DNA of 64,000 bases, taken from the IMG/VR virus record IMGVR_UViG_3300042939_000511, positions 1-64,000 of that record; one strand, given 5' to 3'. The notes beneath the pieces were generated by a model that saw only the letters and a list, made by a program, of their open reading frames with translations, was not told the DNA's origin and ran no database searches. Made by a program: the position numbers and the translations under genes. This stretch comes from a virus. Of the stretch, positions 1 through 9,322 are shown piece by piece; the first letter of the stretch is position 1; each line of letters begins with the position of its first letter.

Positions 1-80
1 AACGACTTGATGATACCATGTTCCTTGGCGGTTCCTTTGTGCACATACGTCACTTTGGTTCCTTCAGTCATTAATTGCAT
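1..80 (-). CDS. hypothetical protein, N-terminal fragment (gene continues beyond window start)
   Basis: The minus-strand ATG is the complement of 78-80 and reads MQLMTEGTKVTYVHKGTAKEHGIIKS... with no stop before the window edge. Not in the ORF track because it is truncated. Confidence 0.25.
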   Translation of the reverse strand, partial: MQLMTEGTKVTYVHKGTAKEHGIIKS

Positions 81-102
81 GATTGTGTAAGTTATAGAAA
101 CA

Positions 103-132
103 AAGGGTCCAGCGCATTAACACTGGACCCTT
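103..132 (-). terminator. perfect 10-bp hairpin (AAGGGTCCAG/CTGGACCCTT, 10-nt loop) downstream of SPFH gene
   Basis: The inverted repeat is seen directly. It is followed on the minus strand by TGTTTCT. It sits between the SPFH stop (145) and the next leftward start (80). Confidence 0.4.
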
Positions 133-144
133 GTTCTCTACTAA

Positions 145-993
145 TTAATTAACAGGTTTGTAAAGCATAGGTGCTTGACCGTATACAGGTAGCTTGCCAT
201 CCCAACGCTCAATCCATTGCTGTTTAAGCAACATTTCTGTAAGAGTGCGTTGTTTCAGGGCGTTAGCTTCTGCTTCTGCTTTAGCAGATGTCAAAAGTGC
301 CTGGGCGTTACCTTCAGCAGTAGCAACTTTAATTTTAGCTTGTGCTTCAGCAGATTTAACTTGGTTTTCAGCAGTAAGTGCTGCTTGAACTGCGTTGTTC
401 TTAGCTTCAATAGCTTTCTTGAAAGTTTCTGGATACACAAGGTTAGAAGTAAACTGTGCCAAAACAAATCCTTCAGGATACAACTGTGACTCTAATACTT
501 TACGCACTTTAACTTCAAACTGCTCACGATTAGAAATAAGTTCATCAGCAGTATAAGAGTTGGCTACAATACGAAAAGCGTCATACACAGCAGTTTTAAG
601 AAATCCTTCTTCAATAGCGTCAAGAGTTAAGCGATACTTACCAAAAATATAAGGCACACGATCACGTTTGACAGCGTAGTTAACTATTGGAGAAACATGA
701 AACTCTGAACCATCTTTTGAGTTAACAATAAATGACTCATCAACAGCATCTTCACCGTTGTTTTTATACTCTTTATGCTGTACAAAAGTAGGAAACTCAA
801 TAATCTTTGTGCTGAAAGGATTGTAGAAGACCCATCCTGTAACTTCAGTAGCATCATCTACGCCTTTACCATCTCCATAAAGATTTACTTTAACACCAAC
901 ATGTCCTGCGTCAATACGCTCGCAACAAGACAAAGAAAATATCATTAGTAGCGCCGCAACAGATGATAATAAAGTTATTTTAGCTTGGTTCAT
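145..993 (-). CDS. SPFH/band-7 (stomatin/prohibitin/HflC-like) domain lipoprotein
   Basis: N-terminal signal with lipobox-like LSCC, then an SPFH-type core and a C-terminal Ala/Glu/Gln-rich coiled coil (AEAQAKIKVATAEGNAQALL..). Both are typical of band-7 proteins. Confidence 0.75.
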   Translation of the reverse strand: MNQAKITLLSSVAALLMIFSLSCCERIDAGHVGVKVNLYGDGKGVDDATEVTGWVFYNPFSTKIIEFPTFVQHKEYKNNGEDAVDESFIVNSKDGSEFHVSPIVNYAVKRDRVPYIFGKYRLTLDAIEEGFLKTAVYDAFRIVANSYTADELISNREQFEVKVRKVLESQLYPEGFVLAQFTSNLVYPETFKKAIEAKNNAVQAALTAENQVKSAEAQAKIKVATAEGNAQALLTSAKAEAEANALKQRTLTEMLLKQQWIERWDGKLPVYGQAPMLYKPVN

Positions 994-1231
994 TGTTTTT
1001 TGGTTTTTTGATATTGTTAATAACCTTTTGAAATACTGTCACAATTATTGTGGACAGTGCAATGACAAGGGATAAGGCTATAATAAAACCCATGTACACT
1101 GCTATATTGCTGTCTTGATTCATCAGCCAAAACGCAAGGCGTGATAGCTCCATGATGAGTGCAAAGACAAACAAATAGACAAAAATTTTGATATAAATGT
1201 TTCTGAATTGATTCATAAGCATTGGTAACAA
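980..1231 (-). CDS. small two-TM membrane protein, possible NfeD-like partner of SPFH protein
   Basis: 83 aa with two hydrophobic helices. It lies immediately upstream of, and overlaps the start of, the SPFH gene, which is the NfeD-SPFH operon arrangement. Confidence 0.4.
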   Translation of the reverse strand: MLPMLMNQFRNIYIKIFVYLFVFALIMELSRLAFWLMNQDSNIAVYMGFIIALSLVIALSTIIVTVFQKVINNIKKPKNNEPS

Positions 1232-1272
1232 ACCCAGATGCAGAAGTTACTCTGCACCTGGTGTTCATTTTA

Positions 1273-3111
1273 TTAAAGAGTGACCCGTTCTTTGATAAGC
1301 TTGTCTACTTTGCGTGACATATAGTTGATCATGTCATTAGGTAGATTTTTGATGTCAGTCATCTTGATAAAGTAGTCAAACATTTGAGCTGAAGGCACTG
1401 ATTCTTCAATAGCAATCTGAATTACCTGAAAACCTAAAGCCTGTGCTTTTTGAACTTTAGATTTGGTGTCTTCAATAGCAGATCTGCCACTGTAGCCTAC
1501 AGCTGAAGGCTGACCATCTGAAAGTACAAACAACAAGCCCTGATTGGGTGTGTTTTTACGTACTCTTTTTGCAAAAGCAAGTATAGCATCACCGTCGCGG
1601 TTGTTGCCTCTTGCTTCAATAGATCCTAAAGAAAAGGGATCTGTGACATAACCTTTCTCACGGTAAACACGCAAATAAGTGAGATGTGTAGAAGGTGTAT
1701 CTGCAGTATGACCATACATGTACAAGTCTACATCAGGCATGTTTTTGAAAACTTCGTTGATGAATATAGCAGCTTGTCGTGCTTTGTCAATTTTACTACC
1801 TCCCATGGAGCCTGATTCATCAATCAATACGCCCACACAGATTTTATTTGTGGTGACGCGTCCCATTCTTTCATAGATAGTAGGGACGTTTTGAACAGCT
1901 TCTGCAATCTTGTTGGTATCAAGTCTACCAGAACGCATTGACTTCATTACAAAAGCCTGGTCTTTACTTTTTCTTGCAAAAAGCTTTTGAAGCACAGCAG
2001 CTTTAGTACCGTCTACTTTGTGCAACGCATTTTTGTATGCGCTGATGTTAGTGTCAGCTTTTAAGAAGACTACAGTACTGTCTTCAGCAAAACCTTCTTC
2101 ATCATAATCTTTAGAATTAGGTATATGATGCGCGCCAGGTATCATGTCCTCAGTAAAATCTTCAAACTCTTTTGTGAAACCTCCTTCTTTGTTACCTTCT
2201 TCAGCATTGATCAAAGATTTGATCATCTCTTTAGCTATCTCATCCAAGTCTGATTTACTCAGCTGTGGTTTTGATTTGCCAGAAGATGACCCACCGTCTT
2301 CTTCATCATCTCCCTCACCTTCTCCAGGTGGAGGTGGTTCTTCGTCTTCGGTATATTTGACAATGATGTTGGTTAAAGAAGTAGCCATGCTAGCACATTC
2401 TGCAGTTGTATTAGGTATGCCGCCATACTTTTTCAAAAGACGTTCAATAGCTGTTACAGGCTTTTCAAATTCTTCAAGATCACTTTCAGAAATATTAGCA
2501 GGATAGCGTAACATTTTGACAATAAGATCCATCAAACGCTTTTGAGCAGGTTCTTCTTCCCCTACAACTGGTGCATTTTCATAGCGATGGTTCTTGAACT
2601 TTTGAACAAACTTAAGATAACCTGGCAGACGATCTGCAAGTTTTTTGTCAATACGTTCTGTATTCAACACAGTAAACAAAAGATCTTTTAGACCTACGTC
2701 TTTAGAGGTGTCTCTTGCTTTCATAGTCTGATAATACTCAGAAGTAGTCTGCATTGTGGCCAGTGCAGCATTTTGAATGGAAGCACCGTAGAACGCATCC
2801 AGCAGCTCTGTGTCTTTGTCCAGGTAGTTTCCTTTCTTATCGCGCAACATGCTCAATGGAATTTGCACTGAAGGATTACGTGAATTTGCTTCTACGTTAT
2901 TGGTGTATTCAAAGTCCTTAGGAACACCAATTACCCTGAATATAGAACCAATCATCTTAGCAGCTACTTTCAGAGAGTCGTTATTGCGGACAAAGAATGA
3001 GGAGTAAGAATCTCTGCCTCTGTCCCAGCTGAAAAATCTTTTAGAGTCATCAGCAAATGTGTAGGCATCTTCTGCCCTGCGGTTAAACCAGTCTCTTGAC
3101 AGTTTACTCAT
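1273..3111 (-). CDS. von Willebrand factor A (VWA) domain protein, CobT-like
   Basis: MIDAS motif in VGVLIDESGSMGG within the C-terminal half. Acidic low-complexity tract EEPPPPGEGEGDDEEDGG, as in CobT-like proteins. Adjacent to an AAA+ ATPase. Confidence 0.75.
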   Translation of the reverse strand: MSKLSRDWFNRRAEDAYTFADDSKRFFSWDRGRDSYSSFFVRNNDSLKVAAKMIGSIFRVIGVPKDFEYTNNVEANSRNPSVQIPLSMLRDKKGNYLDKDTELLDAFYGASIQNAALATMQTTSEYYQTMKARDTSKDVGLKDLLFTVLNTERIDKKLADRLPGYLKFVQKFKNHRYENAPVVGEEEPAQKRLMDLIVKMLRYPANISESDLEEFEKPVTAIERLLKKYGGIPNTTAECASMATSLTNIIVKYTEDEEPPPPGEGEGDDEEDGGSSSGKSKPQLSKSDLDEIAKEMIKSLINAEEGNKEGGFTKEFEDFTEDMIPGAHHIPNSKDYDEEGFAEDSTVVFLKADTNISAYKNALHKVDGTKAAVLQKLFARKSKDQAFVMKSMRSGRLDTNKIAEAVQNVPTIYERMGRVTTNKICVGVLIDESGSMGGSKIDKARQAAIFINEVFKNMPDVDLYMYGHTADTPSTHLTYLRVYREKGYVTDPFSLGSIEARGNNRDGDAILAFAKRVRKNTPNQGLLFVLSDGQPSAVGYSGRSAIEDTKSKVQKAQALGFQVIQIAIEESVPSAQMFDYFIKMTDIKNLPNDMINYMSRKVDKLIKERVTL

Positions 3112-3225
3112 GGTGTTTTAGTTTTAAGTTTTGTCTGACAAATAATAAACATTTGCGACATCAGGGTGTGAGCAACACGAATGTCACTCACAACCCTTTT
3201 GTCACAAACTCGCTGATCCTACAGC

Positions 3226-4512
3226 TTAAAACGCAGAAACAATAGACAATACCTTGCTGCGCTCACTCACACCAATGCTGTCTTCAAACAGCGGCATGAT
3301 CGTGGCCAGCAATGCTTTGTCTACTTCAAAACCATCAGAGATAAGTGATGCAGCTTGCAAGGTGTGACGAACTGACACAGGAGTGGATAGTTCCTGTTCT
3401 TTGTACTGCTTGCGAATCTCATTAGAGACTCTGACAATAGCAGTAGCAGCCTTTTCGTCTACGCCGGTGCGCAGTTTTAGCACATTAATCTCATCACGTT
3501 CTGAAGGATAGCCCAGCTCTACAGGAAAGAACCTGTCAAGTAAAGCGCGGTCAATACTATGGGTGCCAGAATATTCTGAACCCAGGTTTGCAGTAGCAAA
3601 GAACACGGTGTTTTCATGCACCGCAATCCTGCGCTCACCATCTTCACATGCAATGTCTACAGGCAAGTAACGTCGCTTGTCTAAGCATGGAAATAGGATA
3701 TTATTAGCTGCAAGTGGAGAGCGGTTAAGCTCATCAAGCAGTACAATACCACCGCTCTGAATGTGAGAAACAAAAGGTGCTTGTTCAAACGAAGAGTGAC
3801 CTTCCTTGTTTAGACGGTGTACACCTAACAGAGCGCTTTGGGCGTCTTGTACAGTACCCATATCTTGGATATAAAGCTCTTTTCCCATAGCAGTTGCCAA
3901 GTGGTAAAGAATTTCTGTTTTACCGCTACCAGTAGGTCCTACAAGTAAGGTGTTTTCACCACGCAGCGCGTTGCGGCACATCAAAAACCAGATGTCTGGA
4001 TCAATGTGAAAGCCAACATCTTCTGTTTTAGGTACAGGATAATGCGCTGCAATCGTGCGACGAATGTTGGTTCCAGTAGGTGTTGTTCCTGGCTCTTCAG
4101 GCTTAGGAGCAATCTTGTCCTCCCAGACATATTCATAGCCGTATGAAGCCATCTGTTCAGCCATTTTCTTGGCGTATTCTACACCATAGTCAGCGCTGTC
4201 CAGGAAATAATCAACAGCAAAGTCACAGACTTTCTGCAAACGCTCTTTGTCAAGTGATGACAAAGGAAATAGGTTACCTTCAAAAGAAAGAGCGATGATG
4301 TTCTCTTTGCGAATATGCAAGTGATCTGCTTCAGGAAAGTCATAGCCGTCAGAAACAAAAATGGTTTCCAAAGGAAATTTGGCAAAATCAGCAATAGAAG
4401 TTGTAATCTTCAAATCTTCAATGCTGCGGGTGAGAGTTTTCTCAAATGCCTGTTTAGGCAATGTCTTGATCTGGTAGCTAGTACCTTGAATAAAGCTTTG
4501 TAGTAGGATCAT
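3226..4512 (-). CDS. AAA+ ATPase (AAA_5 / MoxR / CobS-like)
   Basis: Walker A LLVGPTGSGKTEIL and Walker B-like IVLLDELNRS. Paired with the VWA protein (a CobS/CobT- or MoxR/VWA-type pair). Confidence 0.75.
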   Translation of the reverse strand: MILLQSFIQGTSYQIKTLPKQAFEKTLTRSIEDLKITTSIADFAKFPLETIFVSDGYDFPEADHLHIRKENIIALSFEGNLFPLSSLDKERLQKVCDFAVDYFLDSADYGVEYAKKMAEQMASYGYEYVWEDKIAPKPEEPGTTPTGTNIRRTIAAHYPVPKTEDVGFHIDPDIWFLMCRNALRGENTLLVGPTGSGKTEILYHLATAMGKELYIQDMGTVQDAQSALLGVHRLNKEGHSSFEQAPFVSHIQSGGIVLLDELNRSPLAANNILFPCLDKRRYLPVDIACEDGERRIAVHENTVFFATANLGSEYSGTHSIDRALLDRFFPVELGYPSERDEINVLKLRTGVDEKAATAIVRVSNEIRKQYKEQELSTPVSVRHTLQAASLISDGFEVDKALLATIMPLFEDSIGVSERSKVLSIVSAF

Positions 4513-4539
4513 TTTTGTCTTTTTGTTAGAGTTGAATAT

Positions 4540-5133
4540 TTAGTAAATCGCAAAACCATTGCAGTTTTGAAGAAAGAGAGCAAAGTCTCTCATGTTGTCA
4601 GTAGTTGTACCGTGTGAGGTTTGATAAGCAATGCCGTCCAGTTCTGCGTCTCCAAAAAAGTATGTGTCGTACTTTTCATTGAGACGCTTCAGTTTTTCTG
4701 GATCATCTAGGGTGCAAGTAACAATGTCACCACGCTCATTTGGCGTTTTGAACGTCCAATAACCCATATTTAAGCTCACAAACCTGTGTCCTGCTGCTTC
4801 TATTGCGGAAGCGTGTAAATTGAAGGCTTCAGCGAGCTTTAAGCAGTGTACAGGGTCTGTGATACCGCCACCGCTATTGCTACCAAGAGCATCAATCTGT
4901 TCTTCAGGAATGTTCAGGTCATACTTTCTATTGAAATGAAACACCAACATTTGCAAGGGTCGCCAGTGCCACCAGTTGTTTCTGAAGTAATAACCAGGGT
5001 TTTGGTCTTCCCATTTGTCAAGTTTATCGTAATACTCAGTGCGTTCTTCAGCAGAAAGTTCGCTGAAATTGTCAGGATAAGAGGGTTTTTCGCTTGTCAG
5101 CTCAGGCTTTAAGCCATAAATGTCTACTCCCAT
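4540..5133 (-). CDS. hypothetical protein
   Basis: 197-aa ORF in a compact leftward array. No recognisable motif. Confidence 0.55.
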   Translation of the reverse strand: MGVDIYGLKPELTSEKPSYPDNFSELSAEERTEYYDKLDKWEDQNPGYYFRNNWWHWRPLQMLVFHFNRKYDLNIPEEQIDALGSNSGGGITDPVHCLKLAEAFNLHASAIEAAGHRFVSLNMGYWTFKTPNERGDIVTCTLDDPEKLKRLNEKYDTYFFGDAELDGIAYQTSHGTTTDNMRDFALFLQNCNGFAIY

Positions 5134-5291
5134 AAACAGTAAATTTTTATAAGGGGGTGGTCACCAGTGACCAGGGGGGTAGTCATGGGTGACCACACCC
5201 CCTAGTCATGGGTGACTAGTAAGGAATAAGAACAATGAAAAAGAAAAAGGCGCACATTTGAGGGGTGGTCATGGGTGACTACCCCCTATGC
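5134..5291. repeat. iteron-like cluster: 3x (T/G)AGTCATGGGTGAC(C/T)A plus GGTCAC-CA-GTGACC palindrome, flanked by G5/C5 runs and an A-rich tract
   Basis: Read directly at 5153-5179, 5182-5196, 5204-5218 and 5267-5281. The region is intergenic between two leftward genes. Confidence 0.6.
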
Positions 5292-5780
5292 TTAAAAGCC
5301 TCCTTTAAAGTCGTCAATTCTGAACTCTCCAGAGTCAGAAAATCCATCGTTGTCATCGTCATCTTGACCATCACTATTGCCAAATTTGATATCTTTAAGC
5401 AGATTAATGAGCTCTATTTTGATTGCGTCTAACTTTTCATCATCACCATTTTCTGCTGCCTTGCGAGCGGCATCTTCAAGTTTTTGCAAACGAGCACGGT
5501 GTGAAGAAGTAGCTGATTTAAAAGTGTCATTCATTTTCTCAGCTTTGTTGAATTTTTCCATAATGCCTTCTCTGATAGCAGAAAGTTGTTCAGTTATTAG
5601 GTCAATCATGCCAAGTAAGCCAAAAGGATGTCCTTTGACTTTTATAATTTTGCCATTTGGCAAACCATTTTCATCACTTTCCAAAACGATCATGATGTGG
5701 TCATGCATTGACTTTTCATTTAGTTCATCTGAAACATTTTCAAGGATTTTGATCAATGATGTTGAAGTGGGCTTGTTCAT
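5292..5780 (-). CDS. hypothetical protein with acidic C-terminus
   Basis: 162-aa ORF. C-terminal DGQDDDDNDGFSDSGEF tail. Confidence 0.5.
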   Translation of the reverse strand: MNKPTSTSLIKILENVSDELNEKSMHDHIMIVLESDENGLPNGKIIKVKGHPFGLLGMIDLITEQLSAIREGIMEKFNKAEKMNDTFKSATSSHRARLQKLEDAARKAAENGDDEKLDAIKIELINLLKDIKFGNSDGQDDDDNDGFSDSGEFRIDDFKGGF

Positions 5781-6060
5781 AGGTGGATTTGGATTTTTTA
5801 GGGTCTAAAAGATTAACAGTAACTGTTTTGTTCAGGGTAGTATTAAAACCACGTGTCACAACGCCTTTCTCAGAAAGTTCTTTAAGGATTCGCTGCACTG
5901 TAGATTTGCTTTTACCTGAAAGCTTTGCCAATTTTGATAAAGAAGGGTAGCAGTAGTCTTTGCTACCGCACATACAACAGATAATTCCATAAAGGCCTTT
6001 TGCCTCTAAGGACAAATGCTCAGACATTGCAACATGGTTATTGAGTCTACCGTAACTCAT
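5740..6060 (-). CDS. helix-turn-helix (winged-helix) DNA-binding protein
   Basis: LSKLAKLSGKSKSTVQRILKELSEKGVV is a classic HTH recognition-helix pattern. Confidence 0.55.
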   Translation of the reverse strand: MSYGRLNNHVAMSEHLSLEAKGLYGIICCMCGSKDYCYPSLSKLAKLSGKSKSTVQRILKELSEKGVVTRGFNTTLNKTVTVNLLDPKKSKSTYEQAHFNIIDQNP

Positions 6061-6373
6061 TGGCTAGAGATTGCAAAGAGTCATCACACTCCATGATCAC
6101 TTCAGCAATAGGTTCAAGTTTTTCAACAACCAGCTTGGTGAGCTTGTAGTATTCTGTTTTTCTGAAACGCTCCACATGTTCTGGAGGAACTTTTTTGATA
6201 ACTACTCCTTTACCGATTGGAGTGTCAATTGGCTTAGAGATCTGCTGCTGGTCAAGATTGCTGTCCAGGTTTTCCAGGTACTTTTTAAAACGAAAGTAGA
6301 CCAGTAACAGTTCAGCATTGGTGAGACCACCGTACTTGACGATGGCCTCACTGTTTGCAATGGATTCACTCAT
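6047..6373 (-). CDS. hypothetical protein
   Basis: 108-aa ORF. Its stop overlaps the start of the neighbouring gene. Confidence 0.5.
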   Translation of the reverse strand: MSESIANSEAIVKYGGLTNAELLLVYFRFKKYLENLDSNLDQQQISKPIDTPIGKGVVIKKVPPEHVERFRKTEYYKLTKLVVEKLEPIAEVIMECDDSLQSLANELR

Positions 6374-6903
6374 GGCATGGAAACATTTTCTGGAGTGATG
6401 GTGTAAAAATTCTTAGGAAGAAGCCGGCGTGTGATGAACTCATCAATAACCTCTTTGGTAGAGATTCCCAAGCTGCGTAAAGTAATATGCTTAGGAACAT
6501 CCAAGTACCAGTCAAAGTCCTTGGTGCCAATTTCCATGTCAGGAAAAATAGCATTCAAAAGCTTGGTTTCAGCTTGATAATGACGTTTAGCTTTTAACAC
6601 ATGCAAAGCGCGTTTGGCTTTTTTGTAGTCTTCTACAATATTTGTAATGGCAGTAGGAGACATTGATGCCATTTGTTCTGGTGTGTATTCTTTTAATCCA
6701 TACATGAGTCTTCTGAACATTTGGCGTTGAATCATGTTCAGATGAATTTTCTCAAGATTTTCAGATGTTTCAAGAATATGTTTAGGTTTAAAATCAGATT
6801 TTTTCTGATAAGTATTATCATAACGCTGTATGATTTGTTTACCATTTTTGTCATAGGTTATGATGCCTTGTGCTGTGGCAGTAATTGAAGGGTACTTTTT
6901 CAT
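6370..6903 (-). CDS. hypothetical protein
   Basis: 177-aa ORF, 4-nt overlap with the downstream gene. Confidence 0.55.
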   Translation of the reverse strand: MKKYPSITATAQGIITYDKNGKQIIQRYDNTYQKKSDFKPKHILETSENLEKIHLNMIQRQMFRRLMYGLKEYTPEQMASMSPTAITNIVEDYKKAKRALHVLKAKRHYQAETKLLNAIFPDMEIGTKDFDWYLDVPKHITLRSLGISTKEVIDEFITRRLLPKNFYTITPENVSMP

Positions 6904-6997
6904 AAAGTAGTATTTTTTTATTTTTGATTGTCAATGTGGGTTTTAGATGTGATAGATCTCACAATATTTGTCAAAATAACTAGCTCAATAAAATGAA

Positions 6998-7207
6998 CTA
7001 AAATCTAGAACTATTTTTTTTAAAAATAGGCTTGTCAAGGTCAACAACACGACTCAAGATGAACACAGCAAAAATTGGAATTGCTGTAAAAGGTGCCAAT
7101 AAAAACATTACAACATCTGACCAAGTAATTTCACCATCTTGTTCGCTAAAACAGCTAGAAAGTATCATTATTGCTGAAACTACATAGGATATAATCAAGT
7201 AAAGCAT
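6998..7207 (-). CDS. small membrane protein (two TM helices), holin-like candidate
   Basis: 69 aa, two hydrophobic segments, about 1 kb from the endolysin gene. Confidence 0.4.
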   Translation of the reverse strand: MLYLIISYVVSAIMILSSCFSEQDGEITWSDVVMFLLAPFTAIPIFAVFILSRVVDLDKPIFKKNSSRF

Positions 7208-7212
7208 AATTG

Positions 7213-7479
7213 TTAAAAGAGGTGTTTTACAGGAGACATGATTGTAAACTCTCCTTCAAGATTATGCTTTTTAGCTATGTGCATGATTTCTTGAGGAGTA
7301 TTTCCCTGAAGCATTATGAGATCTCCATTTTGATCTGCCATAAAGCATACATGGGGTGGTGACATATATTTGTTTTGTATGTAGAGTTGATATTGATAAT
7401 CATCATCAATGTTATCAAATCCTTCTACATTAGCTTCATGTTCACGCATTTGCATAAACAGTTCTTTCATTTTTCCCAT
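7213..7479 (-). CDS. hypothetical protein
   Basis: 88-aa ORF in the array. Confidence 0.45.
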   Translation of the reverse strand: MGKMKELFMQMREHEANVEGFDNIDDDYQYQLYIQNKYMSPPHVCFMADQNGDLIMLQGNTPQEIMHIAKKHNLEGEFTIMSPVKHLF

Positions 7480-7493
7480 TGGGTAAAAGTGGT

Positions 7494-7835
7494 TTAATAG
7501 TCTTCAAAAATGCTTGAATCAGATTCTACTTGCAGTTTTAGGTAGTTACTGCGACCCAAAAACTCTTTGATTATATACTTGTCAGTACTTGTTAACAAAG
7601 GGTTTTGAGAATCTAAATCAATGCTGAAAATGACAGAAATATTTGGTTCATCTGTTACAGGATCTGTAAAATTCAAAGGACTGACAGTGCATGTTTTCTT
7701 ATCAGTGTCATAGTGTAATTCAAGTGATTCAAATTTTTCATCAAGTCCTGGATATGATACAGGATCACTGAAGTTGTACAGTTTTATTACGTTTTGACCT
7801 GTGCGATAAGATTCTGAGCTTAGAATTGCTTTCAT
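7494..7835 (-). CDS. hypothetical protein
   Basis: 113-aa ORF. Overlaps the next ORF by about 70 nt in another frame, so the start is uncertain. Confidence 0.4.
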   Translation of the reverse strand: MKAILSSESYRTGQNVIKLYNFSDPVSYPGLDEKFESLELHYDTDKKTCTVSPLNFTDPVTDEPNISVIFSIDLDSQNPLLTSTDKYIIKEFLGRSNYLKLQVESDSSIFEDY

Positions 7836-8136
7836 GATAGGATTTGTTAAGTTTTATAAAAGGATTTTTGTTTGAAAGTTTGTTAAAAAGCAAATAATCA
7901 TTTTCTTTGTCAAACATCATATCTTGTGAAACAGATTCTATAGCATCTTTTATGCTGTAGTAACGCTTGAAACTTGCTTGTCTACTTTTAATGTTGATGA
8001 TCATTAGTTCATAGCAAGGACTGTACAATGTTGGATTATAAATTTCAGTCTTGCCATACAAAAAGTCAATAAAATCTTCTTTTAAGTTTTCCAGCCATGT
8101 CTTCAACTTGTGCTGAATATGTAGGAGATTCTGCAT
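7765..8136 (-). CDS. hypothetical protein
   Basis: 123-aa ORF. Overlaps the endolysin 3' end by about 70 nt, so the start is uncertain (an internal Met is possible). Confidence 0.35.
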   Translation of the reverse strand: MQNLLHIQHKLKTWLENLKEDFIDFLYGKTEIYNPTLYSPCYELMIINIKSRQASFKRYYSIKDAIESVSQDMMFDKENDYLLFNKLSNKNPFIKLNKSYHESNSKLRILSHRSKRNKTVQLQ

Positions 8137-8629
8137 AGTTTTCTTTTAGATATTGATAATAACTTTCTTCTGTATGTATTTTGCTCAAAAAAGCGCATTG
8201 ATACAGTGCGTAATCAAGTACACTTTCACGCCAGTGATAATATACTGCATGACCTAGTTCAGAACCTGAATTGGTGGTTGCACGACTTCGCGCTTGCTTC
8301 ATACCAAAAAGATTATGGTTGTTTTTGAATATCTGTGACTTAAAATGACCAGATTCAATAACAGCCTGAGCATGAACAATGTGAGGAAATTTCACATTTA
8401 GTTCTACAAGATAATTTTTCAGCTTTTCTTCTGAAAACTTGTCTTCTTCTTTGATAATGAACGCTTTTTCAGCATCTGTTAAACTTTTTGATCCTTTAGC
8501 ATAACCTGCATAATGGCCCATGTAATACGCCAATGAAGCAGATAGTAAAGAAAACAGAACTACAAATTTAATAAAATATTGTAGAGCTGAAACATATCTT
8601 AAAGTTTTTTTGCAATATTTGTAGAGCAT
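8066..8629 (-). CDS. endolysin, GH73 N-acetylglucosaminidase (FlgJ-like) with N-terminal signal-anchor
   Basis: HAQAVIESGHFKSQIFKNNHNLFGMK matches the glucosaminidase signature AQAxxESGWG...NNLFGIK. There is an N-terminal hydrophobic segment. Confidence 0.65.
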   Translation of the reverse strand: MLYKYCKKTLRYVSALQYFIKFVVLFSLLSASLAYYMGHYAGYAKGSKSLTDAEKAFIIKEEDKFSEEKLKNYLVELNVKFPHIVHAQAVIESGHFKSQIFKNNHNLFGMKQARSRATTNSGSELGHAVYYHWRESVLDYALYQCAFLSKIHTEESYYQYLKENYAESPTYSAQVEDMAGKLKRRFY

Positions 8630-8914
8630 AGATCATTTTTTAAGTGAAACAGATATATGTAGACTCAGTTTTTATAGTGTCGTTTTATACACTATTAAAA
8701 CTTGAGGCTAAACTTGCTTTACACCCAAGAGTTCTATTGGGATCTGATGTAAAGTCTTTACCTGAACTACGCTGGCGCTGCATCATGCCCTTACGTCTAA
8801 CAGCAGTGTGTTGCAGCTTTCAAAGAGATACCTTCTGACAAACCCATTCAGAAAGCCAATCCTCTTACCAGTAAGTTGAGGGTGTGCGTGTTCATTTTGT
8901 GTTGTTCGTTTTGG

Positions 8915-9322
8915 TTACAGTGACGTGAACTTTTTGACCATATTGTCTACCATTTCGTCAACAGTCACAGGTGAGCTGGCAAAGTGATCTTCAAGCAAAA
9001 TGCTATCGCGAATAGACTCTACACTGACCTTGTCATTTTCTGAAATATTTACTGAAGCTGGTCTGTCACAGTATACAGTATTCAATTTTACCTTCATCAT
9101 TGAAGTGCTGTACTTTTCACAAATTTTATTTTTAAGTGCATCAAGCTTGCTGCGAAGCTGACGCTCTTGTTCGCGTAGTTTTTCAAACTCTGCGTATTCT
9201 TTTGATGCAAGCACTTTTTCTTTTTGCTTTTCACCAAGTGACATCGATGTTTCAGACAGCTTTTTACGCACGCGTTCTGCTAAGATTTTAGCAACAGTAG
9301 AAGTGATGTTTTTGGTTTTCAT
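8915..9322 (-). CDS. coiled-coil hypothetical protein
   Basis: 135 aa, rich in K/E heptads. Confidence 0.5.
   Translation of the reverse strand: MKTKNITSTVAKILAERVRKKLSETSMSLGEKQKEKVLASKEYAEFEKLREQERQLRSKLDALKNKICEKYSTSMMKVKLNTVYCDRPASVNISENDKVSVESIRDSILLEDHFASSPVTVDEMVDNMVKKFTSL

Noticed and set aside
194-489. Plus-strand ORFs 194..388 and 217..489, and similar antisense ORFs throughout. Examples are 2144..2506, 4315..4503, 19262..19906, 23960..24517, 31172..32251 (359 aa antisense to the capsid gene), 56548..57069, 58395..58902 and 60307..61323.
   Set aside because: They lie wholly inside longer, motif-supported genes on the opposite strand and have low-complexity, biased composition. This is the usual shadow-ORF artefact of strongly codon-biased genes.
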